Assembly (NCBI GenBank): GCA_034435615.1
Contig: DAOTWZ010000032.1
Span: forward strand, 24 to 64,023
DNA length: 64,000 nucleotides
Reading direction: 5' to 3'
Origin: Dehalococcoidia bacterium
Lineage (GTDB): Bacteria; Chloroflexota; Dehalococcoidia; SM23-28-2; HRBIN24
Made by a program: the position numbers and the translations under genes. Shown here in pieces: positions 1-9,333 of the stretch; the first letter of the stretch is position 1, and every line of letters starts with the position of its first letter. The notes under the pieces were generated by a model that searched no databases, had not been told where the DNA came from, and saw only the letters and a list, made by a program, of their open reading frames with translations.

Positions 1-78
1 GAGCGGGCCGTCCTGCGGGCCGTCCGCCTGGCCGAGTCCCTGGCCGGCGTGCCCGCCTGCCGGGACTGGCCGCCCTGA
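1..78 (+). CDS. 3' end of an upstream CDS (partial; translates ...ERAVLRAVRLAESLAGVPACRDWPP*)
   Basis: Open frame from the window edge to a TGA at 76-78. High-GC codon usage. No homology can be judged from 25 aa. Confidence 0.25.
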   Translation, partial: ERAVLRAVRLAESLAGVPACRDWPP

Positions 79-117
79 AGGCGGCCGCGTTGAACCGCCC
101 GGCTAAGCCGTGCTATC

Positions 118-741
118 ATGACTGGTCAGGACATGTCCGCGCTTGATGACCTTTACCGCGAGATAGCCAACTGCAACGACTGTGGCCTGTGCGAGAAGGC
201 CACGAAGCATGTCCCCGGCGAAGGGCCAGAGGACGCCGAGGTGATGTTCGTCGGCGAGGCGCCAGGGTTCCACGAGGACCGGCAGGGGCGTCCCTTCGTG
301 GGGCCGGCCGGTCAGTTCCTCAACGAGCTCTTGGAGTCGGTAGGGCTGCGGCGGGAGCAGGTCTACATAACCAACGTGGTGAAGTGCCGGCCGCCCGGCA
401 ACCGCGACCCCCTCCCCTCGGAGGTGGCCGCCTGCCGCAAGCACCTGGAGCGCCAGATAGAGATCATCAGGCCGCGAGTGATAGTGACCCTGGGCCGGCA
501 CTCCCTCTCCTGGTTCTTCCCCAAGGACTCCATCGGCAAGGTGCATGGCCAGAAGCGACAGAAGGACGGCACTTATTTTCTTCACCTCTACCATCCTGCG
601 GCGGCCCTGCACGCCCCCCAGATGCGGGAGACCATAGAGGAGGACTTCAAGAAGCTGCCGGAGGTGCTGGAGGAGGCGAGGCGGAGCGGGCCCCCGCCCG
701 ATGCCCCGTCCTCGGCGGCCGAGCAGATGCGCCTTTTCTAG
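118..741 (+). CDS. udg: Uracil-DNA glycosylase, family 4 (Fe-S type)
   Basis: Carries the motifs CNDCGLC, GEGP...VMFVGEAPG and VVKCRPP...NRDP that are typical of family-4 UDG. Length is 207 aa. Confidence 0.8.
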   Translation: MTGQDMSALDDLYREIANCNDCGLCEKATKHVPGEGPEDAEVMFVGEAPGFHEDRQGRPFVGPAGQFLNELLESVGLRREQVYITNVVKCRPPGNRDPLPSEVAACRKHLERQIEIIRPRVIVTLGRHSLSWFFPKDSIGKVHGQKRQKDGTYFLHLYHPAAALHAPQMRETIEEDFKKLPEVLEEARRSGPPPDAPSSAAEQMRLF

Positions 742-880
742 GCCGCCCCGGGGCCGACGGTGGCGAGGTGGCCGTCCCTCAGGGTCGCAGCAGCCAGCAC
801 CGACAGCCCCGCGGGACCGTTGCCCGGGAGGCCAGACCGTTTGAAGCGGGCCAGCTTGCAGTCATCAGGGTGAGACCGCT

Positions 881-2536
881 ATGAGCGAGAAGCTGCGCGT
901 GGTGCCCCTCGGGGGCCTGGGCGAGATCGGCAAGAACATGATGGCCCTCGAGTTCGGCGACGACCTCATCGTCATAGACGCCGGGGTGATGTTCCCGGAG
1001 GAGGAGATGCTGGGGGTGGACCTGGTCATCCCCGACGTCACCTACGTGGCCAACCGGCGTCACAAGCTGCGAGGCATCGTCATCACCCACGGCCACGAGG
1101 ACCACACGGGGGCCCTCCCCTACGTGTTGCCCCAGATCCCCGCCCCCATCTACTGCACCCGCCTGACGCGGGGCCTCATCCAGGTGAAGCTGGCGGAGCA
1201 TGGGCTGCGGGAGCAGGTAGAGGTGCGGGTGGTCCAGCCCGGGGAGAGGGTGCGACTGGGCAACTTCACCGTCCAGTTCGTCCACGTGACCCACAGCATC
1301 CCGGACTCGGCGGCCCTGGCCATCCAGACGCCGTTGGGCCTGGTCTTCCACACCGGGGACTTCAAGCTGGACCACACGCCGGTCATGGGGCCTCCCACCG
1401 ACTTGCAGCGCATCGCCGAGTTCGGGCGCCAGGGGGTCCTCCTCCTCCTCTCCGACTCCACCTACGCCGACGTGCCCGGCTACACCCCGTCCGAGCGCAT
1501 CGTCAGCGACACCCTGTGGCAGGTGATGGCCAGGTCACAGGGGCGGGTCATCGTCGCCACCTTCGCTTCCCTCATCTCTCGCATGCAGCAGGTAGTGGAC
1601 GCCGCCACTGCCACTGGCCGACGCGTCTTCGTGACGGGGCGCAGCATGATGGAGAACGTCCGGATGGCGGTGGAGCAGGGCTACCTGCGCAGCGACCAGG
1701 ACCTGCTGGCCCCCATAGAGCGGATGCGCGGCCTGCCCCCTGACCGGGTGGTCATCCTCACCACCGGCGCCCAGGGAGAGCCGACGTCGGCCCTGGTACG
1801 CATGGCCAACCGGGACCACCGCTACCTGGAGGTGCGGGAGGGGGATACGGTGGTCCTCTCTTCCTCGCCCATCCCCGGCAACGAGGTCCTCATCAACCGC
1901 ACTATCAACAACCTGTATCGGCTGGGGGCGCGGGTGTTGCACAGCCGGGGGCCGGACATGCACGTCCACGTGCGGGGACACGCGGCCCAGGAGGAGCTGA
2001 AGCTGATGCTGGGGCTGCTGCGGCCCCGCTTCTTCGTCCCCATCCACGGCGAGTACAGGCACCTGGTGTTGCACGGAGAGCTGGCCAAGGCCATGGGCGT
2101 GCAGCCCCAGAATATCTTCGTCCTGCAGGACGGCGATATCCTGGAGCTGGACGAGTCCTACGGTCGGGTGGTGGGCAGGGCCTCCGCCGACCACGTCTAC
2201 GTGGACGGCCTGGCGGTGGGCACCGATCAGGTGGTGCTGCGGGACCGCCAGCACCTGGCCAAGGACGGCGTGCTGGTGGCCCTGGTGACGGTGGACAAGA
2301 GCACGGGGCGCCCCCTGGCGCCGCCGGACATCATCTCCCGGGGGTTCGTGGCGGAGGCGCCCCTGGAGCGCCTGCTGGAGCGGGCCCGCCACCTGATCCT
2401 GCAGGAGCTGGAGAAGGGCCAGGGGCAGGTGGACCACGCCGAGCTGGCCTCCCGTCTGCATGATAGCCTGGCCAAATTCATATACAATGAGACCCGTCGT
2501 CGCCCCATGATCCTGCCTCTCACCGTGGAGCTGTAG
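881..2536 (+). CDS. rnj: Ribonuclease J (metallo-beta-lactamase / beta-CASP RNase)
   Basis: N-terminus has VVPLGGLGEIGKNM and the HGHEDHTG metallo-beta-lactamase motif. Length 551 aa. RBS-like AGGGTGAG lies upstream of the ATG at 881. Confidence 0.85.
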   Translation: MSEKLRVVPLGGLGEIGKNMMALEFGDDLIVIDAGVMFPEEEMLGVDLVIPDVTYVANRRHKLRGIVITHGHEDHTGALPYVLPQIPAPIYCTRLTRGLIQVKLAEHGLREQVEVRVVQPGERVRLGNFTVQFVHVTHSIPDSAALAIQTPLGLVFHTGDFKLDHTPVMGPPTDLQRIAEFGRQGVLLLLSDSTYADVPGYTPSERIVSDTLWQVMARSQGRVIVATFASLISRMQQVVDAATATGRRVFVTGRSMMENVRMAVEQGYLRSDQDLLAPIERMRGLPPDRVVILTTGAQGEPTSALVRMANRDHRYLEVREGDTVVLSSSPIPGNEVLINRTINNLYRLGARVLHSRGPDMHVHVRGHAAQEELKLMLGLLRPRFFVPIHGEYRHLVLHGELAKAMGVQPQNIFVLQDGDILELDESYGRVVGRASADHVYVDGLAVGTDQVVLRDRQHLAKDGVLVALVTVDKSTGRPLAPPDIISRGFVAEAPLERLLERARHLILQELEKGQGQVDHAELASRLHDSLAKFIYNETRRRPMILPLTVEL

Positions 2537-2567
2537 GGAAAGGCGGCGAGACGAGGGCGGTGAGACG

Positions 2568-4925
2568 ATGGCCTTGAGGACGCGAGGACGCCGGGGCCAC
2601 CTGCGCCGCAGCCGCTACGGCTACGGCGCCTATCGTTACGTGGCGCCCCGGCCGCGGCGCCGCCCGCGGCGGCCGTCGCGGCCGGGCCTGGGGCCGTGGC
2701 TCTGGCTGCTGGCCGGCGCCGGCGCAGCGGTGGGTCTGGTCTTCCTGGTCCCCCTCCTGCTGGCCGCCTTCCGCTGGCTCTTCGCCGCTCTGGGGCTGGG
2801 GCTCCCCCTGGTGGCCCTCGCCCTCGCTGCCGATGCCTGGCTCCTCTGGCGGCTCCGCGCCGTCAGCCCTCCCCTCTCCTGGCGGCGATGGCTGGGCCTG
2901 CACCTCCTGCTGGCGGCCATCCTGGGTGCCCTGGGCCTCCTGGCCCCTCCCTGGCGCTTCGCCGGGTCCTCCCTGGGCGACCTCTCCGCCGGCGGACGGG
3001 CCGGAGCCTTCCTGACGGGCAGTCTCCCCGGCCTCCTGGGCTGGCTGGCGGCCACCCTCGGGGCGGTGTGGGCCCTGGAGCCGCGGTCGGCCCGGCTGGC
3101 GGTGCGGGGAGCCGCCCTGACGGGCCGCTGGCTCCTCTCCCTGGACATCCCCTCCCGCTCCTGGCGGGGGCTGCGTGCCTTCCTGGTCTGGCTGGGCTCC
3201 CTCCTCCCCAGCGGCGAGGAGGACTCCCTGCCGGAGCTCTCTCCTCGGCGGGAAGGGCCACCCCTGGTCCCCCGCTGGGACGAGGAATGGGAGCCACTGC
3301 CGGAGCCCTCCGCTCCCGCCGCCTCTCCCAAGGCCGCCCAGGAGAAGGCCAGCAGAGAGGAGAAGAGAGAGAAAGAGGAAGAAGCGGTACCCCGCCGGCG
3401 GCGCACCGGCAACGGCTGGGAGCTGCCGCCCCTGGAGCTCCTGAACCAGGTGAGCGACGAGTCCCGCCCGCCGGACAACGAAGCACGGGCCCAACTCATA
3501 GTGGACACGCTGCGCAGCTTCGGCGTGGACGCCCGCGTCGTCTCCATCCAGCAGGGGCCCACCGTCACCCAGTTCGGCGTGGAGCCGGGGTGGGAGGTGA
3601 AGACCCGTCAGGTGCAGGAGCGGGACGACAAGGGCCGCCCCGTGTACGACAAGGACGGCCGTCCCCGCTACCGCACGGAGGTGGTGAGCCGCACCAGGGT
3701 GAGGGTGAACCGCATCACTGCCCTGGCCAACGACCTGGCCCTGGCCCTGGCTGCCCCCAGCATACGCATCGAGGCGCCGGTGCCGGGGAAGCCCATCGTG
3801 GGGATCGAAGTGCCCAACTCGGCCCCCTCCGTGGTCACCCTGCGCAGCGTCATCGAGAGCAGCAACTTCCAGAAGCTGGCCTCCCGCTCCCGGCTGGCCA
3901 TCGCCCTGGGCAAGGGGGTATCCGGGGAGCCGGTGCCCGCCGACCTGGCCCGCATGCCCCACCTGCTCATCGCTGGGGCCACGGGGAGCGGCAAGAGCGT
4001 CTGCATCAACTCCATCATCGCCTGTCTGCTGATGCACAACACGCCGGAGGAGGTGCGCTTCGTCCTCATAGACCCCAAGCGGGTGGAGCTGGCCGCCTTC
4101 GCCTCCATACCGCACCTGGTCTTCTCCAAGGTCATCGTGGACGTGGAGGAGGTGCCGGGCACCCTGCAGGCGGTCATCCAGGAGATGGAGGGCCGCTACC
4201 GCACCTTCGCTAGCATCGGCGTCCGGGACATCGAGGCCTACAACCGCAGCCCCAAGGCGCCGGAGAAGCTCCCCTACTGGGTGGTGATCATCGACGAGCT
4301 AGCCGACCTGATGATGGCAGCCCCCTACCAGGTGGAGAAGCAGCTCTGCCGGCTGGCCCAGTTGGCCCGGGCCACGGGGATTCACCTCATCGTGGCCACG
4401 CAGCGGCCCTCAGTGGACGTAGTGACGGGGCTCATCAAGGCCAACTTCCCCACCCGCATCGCCTTCGCCGTCAGCTCCCAGGTGGACTCCCGCACCATCA
4501 TCGACATGGCGGGGGCGGAGAAGCTGCTGGGACGGGGCGACATGCTATTCCTCCCCACCGACGCCGCCAAGCCGCGTCGTCTCCAGGGCTGCTATGTCTC
4601 CGATGCCGAGATAGACCGCATAGTGGCCTGGTGGTCGGACGAGCGCTTCCGCCACCTGCGGCCGGAGCCCTTGGACCACCTGCTGCTCCAGGCCCAAGCG
4701 GAGGGGGGCGGCCTGGACGACCCCCTCTTCGAGGCGGCGCGGGAGCTGGCCATGCAGCACAACCGCATCTCCCCCTCCATGCTGCAGCGCCGGCTCAACG
4801 TAGGGCGGGAGCGGGCGGTGCGCCTCATGCGGGCGCTGGAGGAGATGGGCATCGTCGCCCCCTCCGATGACCCCCTGGCCTCCCGCCGTGTCCTGGTGCG
4901 GGGCGACGACGAGGACTACTTCTAG
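2568..4925 (+). CDS. ftsK: DNA translocase FtsK/SpoIIIE
   Basis: N-terminal transmembrane helices, a Pro/Glu-rich linker, a Walker A motif (GATGSGKS), and a C-terminal gamma winged-helix domain (ISPSMLQRRLNVGRERAVRLMRALEEMGIV). Confidence 0.85.
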   Translation: MALRTRGRRGHLRRSRYGYGAYRYVAPRPRRRPRRPSRPGLGPWLWLLAGAGAAVGLVFLVPLLLAAFRWLFAALGLGLPLVALALAADAWLLWRLRAVSPPLSWRRWLGLHLLLAAILGALGLLAPPWRFAGSSLGDLSAGGRAGAFLTGSLPGLLGWLAATLGAVWALEPRSARLAVRGAALTGRWLLSLDIPSRSWRGLRAFLVWLGSLLPSGEEDSLPELSPRREGPPLVPRWDEEWEPLPEPSAPAASPKAAQEKASREEKREKEEEAVPRRRRTGNGWELPPLELLNQVSDESRPPDNEARAQLIVDTLRSFGVDARVVSIQQGPTVTQFGVEPGWEVKTRQVQERDDKGRPVYDKDGRPRYRTEVVSRTRVRVNRITALANDLALALAAPSIRIEAPVPGKPIVGIEVPNSAPSVVTLRSVIESSNFQKLASRSRLAIALGKGVSGEPVPADLARMPHLLIAGATGSGKSVCINSIIACLLMHNTPEEVRFVLIDPKRVELAAFASIPHLVFSKVIVDVEEVPGTLQAVIQEMEGRYRTFASIGVRDIEAYNRSPKAPEKLPYWVVIIDELADLMMAAPYQVEKQLCRLAQLARATGIHLIVATQRPSVDVVTGLIKANFPTRIAFAVSSQVDSRTIIDMAGAEKLLGRGDMLFLPTDAAKPRRLQGCYVSDAEIDRIVAWWSDERFRHLRPEPLDHLLLQAQAEGGGLDDPLFEAARELAMQHNRISPSMLQRRLNVGRERAVRLMRALEEMGIVAPSDDPLASRRVLVRGDDEDYF

Positions 4926-4992
4926 CCTCCCGGCCAGGGGCCCCGGCCCGGCGATTAATCGATTTTGCCTATCTGGCCCATGGACGCAGCTA

Positions 4993-5021
4993 TTGACAGG
5001 CGTCGCCGGAGATGGTATAAG
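4993..5021 (+). promoter_or_regulatory. Near-consensus sigma70-type promoter, TTGACA-17bp-TATAAG
   Basis: TTGACA at 4993-4998, exactly 17 bp of spacer, then TATAAG at 5016-5021. It lies in the intergenic region downstream of ftsK. Confidence 0.45.
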
Positions 5022-5027
5022 GGGCCA

Positions 5028-5275
5028 TGAGAGGGGGTGAGGCCGTGGTCCGGCTGCACAAGCTGGTCACGGTGCTCCAAGTGGACAGTAGAAAGCCCCC
5101 GTGGTGGCACCACGGGGGGACAGGCCGGCTCGTGACCTGGCCCCGGGTCGCAGGGACTGCGTAGCAGAAGGTCGAGAGAGCCGGCCATGCCCCGGCGGGC
5201 ATTCCGCCCGAAGGGGCCGGGTCAGGAGAACGGTGGGGCTCCCCGAAAGGGGAGCCCGATTATGTTATGATGAGG
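5028..5275 (+). ncRNA. Candidate small RNA or structured leader with no convincing ORF
   Basis: Predicted transcript from the promoter above. GC-rich stem-loops include a 9-bp stem with 5-nt loop at 5096-5118 and CGCAG/CTGCG at 5149-5162. It ends in a terminator-like hairpin. Only a 47-codon Arg/Pro/Trp-rich ORF with no RBS is present. Confidence 0.25.
5236..5272 (+). terminator. Intrinsic-terminator-like hairpin: 9-bp GC stem, GAAA tetraloop, then a U-rich tract
   Basis: GGGCTCCCC (5236-5244), GAAA loop, GGGGAGCCC (5249-5257), perfectly complementary. Followed by GATTATGTTATGATG, which is U-rich but interrupted. Confidence 0.4.
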
Positions 5276-5349
5276 TGCCGTCCCCTGCTGGACGCCCTCG
5301 ACTTGACGGTTTAGAATGGAGCCACGCTCTACTCCTAGAGGTGGGGGCC

Positions 5350-5745
5350 GTGTCCAACAGACTGTGGCGTGAGGTCGAGGAGATCCTGGAGCGTTCGGAG
5401 CGTCTACCCCGCAGGGCCTGGCGATGGCGTCGTCTCCTGAGAGGCCTGACCGCGCTGAGGCCGGGCCTCTTCTTCTCCCTGCCCCGTATCAGCATGGGGC
5501 AGCTCCTCCTGGCGTCACTGGTCATCATCGTCATCGGCTACGTGCTGGGAAGCAGCAACGACGGGCTGGGCCGCGCCCTGGTGCTGGCCGGCCTGGGCGT
5601 CTTCGTTCTGGCCTTCGTCCTCTCCCTCCGCCGCCCTCTAGGGCCGCCGGAGAGCCGCTGGCGGGGCCGCCCCGTGGGGCTGCGGCGTCGCCACATGGGT
5701 GAGCGCATACGCTCCTGGCTGGGCCGCTGGCGGCCTCGTCACTAG
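5350..5745 (+). CDS. Hypothetical small membrane protein (two predicted TM helices, Arg-rich termini)
   Basis: In-frame GTG starts at 5341 and 5350, preceded by GAGGTGG. Hydrophobic segments LLLASLVIIVIGYVLG and ALVLAGLGVFVLAFVLSL. The upstream part of the 5101-5745 ORF is low-complexity R/P/G and probably not coding. Confidence 0.35.
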   Translation: MSNRLWREVEEILERSERLPRRAWRWRRLLRGLTALRPGLFFSLPRISMGQLLLASLVIIVIGYVLGSSNDGLGRALVLAGLGVFVLAFVLSLRRPLGPPESRWRGRPVGLRRRHMGERIRSWLGRWRPRH

Positions 5746-5794
5746 GGCCGGCCGCCTTGTCCCTGGTGGCTCCGGCTGCTAGGATGCAGGAGGT

Positions 5795-6175
5795 ATGGGA
5801 CGCTGGCGGCGCTGGGGCCTCCCCCTCACGGGCGTCCTCGTCGTAGCCGCCCTCGCCCTGCTGGCCTGCGGCGGCCAGGGCGGTCGGGAAGAGGGGACGC
5901 CGGTGGTGGCCAGCCTCACCGATCCCCGTACCGTGCCCACGGCCACCCCCTGGCAGAGGCCGCCGGAGGTGATCTGGCTGGAGGAGGGCGCGCCCTCCGG
6001 CGCCCCGGGCGCCGGCCCCGGAAGCTGTGGCGAGATCTATGTAGTGCAGTCGGGGGACATCCTGGTGAGGATCGCCGAGCGGTGCGGGGTCAGCCTGGAC
6101 GAGTTGCTGCGGGCCAACCCGGGCATAGACCCGCGGGCGCTGCACGTGGGGCAGCGCATCAGGATCCCCCGCTGA
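5795..6175 (+). CDS. LysM domain lipoprotein
   Basis: Signal peptide plus lipobox (LLACGG). C-terminal LysM ([31 protein letters not shown]...GQRIRIP). RBS GCAGGAGG upstream. Confidence 0.7.
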   Translation: MGRWRRWGLPLTGVLVVAALALLACGGQGGREEGTPVVASLTDPRTVPTATPWQRPPEVIWLEEGAPSGAPGAGPGSCGEIYVVQSGDILVRIAERCGVSLDELLRANPGIDPRALHVGQRIRIPR

Positions 6176-6196
6176 GCCGAGGGGTACAGCTCCGCG

Positions 6197-6225
6197 TTGC
6201 GCCTGGGCGTGTGGTGTGCTAGCAT
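6197..6225 (+). promoter_or_regulatory. Candidate promoter TTGCGC-17-TAGCAT upstream of the carboxyltransferase operon
   Basis: Weak sequence match only. Confidence 0.25.
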
Positions 6226-6275
6226 CGGCGCCGAAGGCCCACCACTGGCCCCAATTCCGACCGGACAGAGAGGTC

Positions 6276-7835
6276 ATGACCATCGAAAGAAAGATCTCTG
6301 ACAAGCTGGAGGAGTTGCAGCGCCTCAAGGAGCTGTCCCGTCAGGGCGGCGGCCCGGAGAGGATAGAGGCCCAGCACGCCCGCGGCAAGCTGACGGCACG
6401 GGAACGCCTCAACATCCTGCTGGACGAGGGCAGCTTTGAGGAGCTGGACTCCCTGGTGCTCCACCGCTCCCACGAGTTCGGCCTGGATAAGCAGCGCTAC
6501 TACGGGGACGCCGTGGTCACCGGCTACGGTACCATCGACGGCCGGCCGGTCTACGTCTTCGCCCAGGACTTCACCGTGCTGGGTGGCTCCCTCTCGGAGG
6601 CCGTGGGGGAGAAGATCTGCAAGGTGATGGACCTGGCCATGAAGAACGGCGCCCCCATCATCGGCATCAACGACTCCGGCGGCGCCCGCATCCAGGAAGG
6701 GGTCGTCTCCCTCCGGGGCTACGGCGACATCTTCCTGCGGAACACCCTCGCCTCCGGCGTCATCCCCCAGGTCTCCGTCATCATGGGGCCCTGCGCTGGC
6801 GGCGCCGTCTACTCCCCGGCCCTCACGGACTTCGTCTTCATGACCAGCACCGCCTACATGTACATCACCGGGCCGGACGTGGTGCGGGCCGTGACGCAGG
6901 AGGAGGTCACTCACGAGCAGTTGGGCGGCCCCCAGGTGCACGCCACCAAGAGCGGCGTCGCCCACTTCATCGTGGACGGGGAGGAGGCCTGCCTCCAGGA
7001 GGTGCGGCGGCTCCTCTCCTTCCTCCCCTCCAACAACATGGAAGACCCGCCCTACCAGCCCCCCACCGATGACCCCAACCGCCTCTGTGATGACCTGCTG
7101 GAGATCGTCCCTGCCGAGAGCACCAGGCCCTACGACATGCACGAGGTCATCTACCGTATCGTCGACGATGGCGACTTCATGGAGGTGCACCCCTACTGGG
7201 GGGCCAGCGTAGTGGTGGGCTTCGCCCGTATGAACGGCCACGTGGTGGGGATAGTGGGCAACAACCCGGCCGCCCTGGCGGGGGTCCTGGACATAGACTC
7301 CTCCCGCAAGGCGGCCCGCTTCGTCCGCTTCTGTGATGCCTTCAACATCCCCATCGTCACCCTGGTGGACGTGCCGGGCTACCTCCCGGGGACGGACCAG
7401 GAGTACGGGGGCATCATCGTCCACGGCGCCAAGCTCCTCTACGCCTACTCCGAGGCCACCGTGCCCAAAGTAACCTGCATCGTCCGCAAGGCATACGGCG
7501 GCGCCTACCTGGTCATGGGCTCCAAGCACCTGCGGGCCGACATCAACTACGCCTGGCCCACGGCCGAGATCGCCGTCATGGGGCCGGAGGGGGCCGTCAA
7601 CATCGTCTTTCGGCGGGAGATCGAGCAGGCGGCCGACCCGGAGGCCCGGCGGCGGGAGCTCATCGAGGAGTACAGACAGCGCTTCGCCAACCCTTACATC
7701 GCCGCCTCCCGGGGCTTCATTGATGACGTCATCGACCCGCGAGAGACGCGGGTCAAGATCATCAAGGCCCTGGAGATGCTCAAGAACAAGACGGACACCA
7801 ACCCGCCCAAGAAGCACGGCAACATACCGCTGTAG
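6276..7835 (+). CDS. Acyl-CoA carboxyltransferase subunit (propionyl-CoA carboxylase beta / methylmalonyl-CoA carboxyltransferase 12S)
   Basis: Carboxyltransferase fold motifs: [46 protein letters not shown] at 6276 with GAGAGG RBS. The ORF-track start at 6216 is likely too early. Confidence 0.85.
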   Translation: MTIERKISDKLEELQRLKELSRQGGGPERIEAQHARGKLTARERLNILLDEGSFEELDSLVLHRSHEFGLDKQRYYGDAVVTGYGTIDGRPVYVFAQDFTVLGGSLSEAVGEKICKVMDLAMKNGAPIIGINDSGGARIQEGVVSLRGYGDIFLRNTLASGVIPQVSVIMGPCAGGAVYSPALTDFVFMTSTAYMYITGPDVVRAVTQEEVTHEQLGGPQVHATKSGVAHFIVDGEEACLQEVRRLLSFLPSNNMEDPPYQPPTDDPNRLCDDLLEIVPAESTRPYDMHEVIYRIVDDGDFMEVHPYWGASVVVGFARMNGHVVGIVGNNPAALAGVLDIDSSRKAARFVRFCDAFNIPIVTLVDVPGYLPGTDQEYGGIIVHGAKLLYAYSEATVPKVTCIVRKAYGGAYLVMGSKHLRADINYAWPTAEIAVMGPEGAVNIVFRREIEQAADPEARRRELIEEYRQRFANPYIAASRGFIDDVIDPRETRVKIIKALEMLKNKTDTNPPKKHGNIPL

Positions 7836-7851
7836 ACGGGGGGGCCAGCCC

Positions 7852-9333
7852 ATGGGCGTGCGCATCACCGACACGACCTTGCGTGATGCTCACCAGTCCC
7901 TCCTGGCTACCCGTATGCGCACCGAGGACATGCTCCCCATCGCCCCCCTCATGGACGAGGTGGGCTTCCATAGCGTAGAGGTCTGGGGCGGCGCCACCTT
8001 CGACACCTGCCTCCGCTTCCTGCGGGAAGACCCCTGGGAGCGACTGCGGGAGCTCAAGAAGCGCTTCCGCCGCACGCCCCTGCAGATGCTGTTGCGGGGC
8101 CAGAACGTGGTGGGCTACCGCCACTACGCCGACGACGTGGTGGAGAAGTTCGTGGAGCTGGCCGTCCGCAACGGGATGGACATCTTCCGCATCTTCGACG
8201 CCGTCAACGACCTCCGCAACCTGGAGACGGCGGTACGGGCGGCCAAGCGCTGCGGCGCCCACGTCCAGGGCACCATCTGCTACACCATCAGCCCCGTCCA
8301 CACCCTGGACATGTACGCCCGCCTGGCCAGGGAGCTGGTGGAGATGGGCTCCGATTCCATCTGCATCAAGGACATGGCGGGCATCCTCCACCCTTACGAC
8401 GCCTACGAGCTGGTCCGCCGCCTCAAGGAGACGGTGAACGTCCCCATCCAGCTCCACTGTCATTCCACGGGGGGCATGGCCCCCATGGCCCAGCTCAAGG
8501 CCATAGAGGCCGGCGTGGACGTGGTGGACTGCGCCATCTCCAGCCTCTCCCTGGGCACATCCCAGCCGCCCTGCGAGTCCCTGGTAGCCACCCTCAAGGA
8601 CACCCCCTACGACACCGGCCTCGACCTGGAGCTCCTCTCCCGCATCGCCGACTACTTCGCCGAGGTGCGACGCAAGTACGCTGCCTTCGAGGGCGAGGTG
8701 ATGGTGGATACGGGGGTGCTCGTCCACCAGGTGCCCGGGGGGATGATATCCAACCTCCTCTCCCAGCTCCGGGAGCTGGGCGCCGCCGACAAGCTGAAAG
8801 AGGTGCTGGCGGAGATACCGCGCGTGCGGGCGGACCTGGGCTACCCGCCCCTGGTCACCCCCACCAGCCAGATAGTGGGGACGCAGGCCGTCCTCAACGT
8901 CCTCACCGGTGAGCGCTACCGGCAGGTGACACGGGAGACGCGGGCCTACGTCCAGGGCTACTACGGCGCCCCGCCCGCCCCCATAGACCCTGAGGTGAAG
9001 CGCAAGATCCTGGGCGAGACCCAGGAGATAGCGGGCCGCCCCGCCGACCAGCTCTCGCCGGAGCTGGAGCGGGCGCGTCAGGAGATAGGAGACCTGGCCC
9101 ACAGCGAAGAGGATGTCCTCTCCTACGTCCTCTTCCCCCAGGTGGCCCGGGAGTTCCTGGAGTGGCGAGCACGCGGGGGCGGCCTGGAGCGAGAGGTCGC
9201 CGTGGCCATCGCCGTCGCCCTCTCCCAGGACGGGGCGACCGCCCCGCCGCCGGCCCCCCAGCCGGCTGAGCAGCCCTCCCCCTGGAAGCTGAGCGGTCGC
9301 ACTCGCCTGGTGCGGCGCATGAGTGTCCGATGA
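7852..9333 (+). CDS. Oxaloacetate decarboxylase alpha / transcarboxylase 5S-type subunit (pyruvate carboxyltransferase TIM barrel, no biotinyl domain)
   Basis: N-terminus MGVRITDTTLRDAHQSL plus the HCHSTGG motif. ~493 aa with no biotin attachment motif. Stop overlaps the next start (ATGA). Confidence 0.85.
   Translation: MGVRITDTTLRDAHQSLLATRMRTEDMLPIAPLMDEVGFHSVEVWGGATFDTCLRFLREDPWERLRELKKRFRRTPLQMLLRGQNVVGYRHYADDVVEKFVELAVRNGMDIFRIFDAVNDLRNLETAVRAAKRCGAHVQGTICYTISPVHTLDMYARLARELVEMGSDSICIKDMAGILHPYDAYELVRRLKETVNVPIQLHCHSTGGMAPMAQLKAIEAGVDVVDCAISSLSLGTSQPPCESLVATLKDTPYDTGLDLELLSRIADYFAEVRRKYAAFEGEVMVDTGVLVHQVPGGMISNLLSQLRELGAADKLKEVLAEIPRVRADLGYPPLVTPTSQIVGTQAVLNVLTGERYRQVTRETRAYVQGYYGAPPAPIDPEVKRKILGETQEIAGRPADQLSPELERARQEIGDLAHSEEDVLSYVLFPQVAREFLEWRARGGGLEREVAVAIAVALSQDGATAPPPAPQPAEQPSPWKLSGRTRLVRRMSVR

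Noticed and set aside
2520-4115. 531-aa minus-strand ORF, plus other overlapping 200-500-aa ORFs (2636-3568, 2696-4213)
   Set aside because: It is antisense to or out of frame with ftsK. The composition is low-complexity Pro/Arg/Gly, typical of spurious open frames in ~70% GC coding DNA.
5028-5275. Whether the candidate RNA is SRP RNA, tmRNA, RNase P RNA, 6S RNA or a cobalamin, Mn or fluoride riboswitch
   Set aside because: There were partial coincidences: GGUCAGG, a CCAGGUCA on the minus strand, and GUCAGGAGAAC resembling a B12 box. The defining elements were absent in every case. Those are the GGAA tetraloop with symmetric and asymmetric loops, the tRNA-like T-arm with CCA, the P4 GGAAAGUCCGGGCUCC, and CCCGCAACUGU. 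The region is left as unclassified.
6219-9102. Long minus-strand ORFs 6219-7874 and 7780-9102
   Set aside because: Both are antisense to the carboxyltransferase and 5S-subunit genes, which have clear homology. They have no motifs and are Gly/Asp/His-rich junk.
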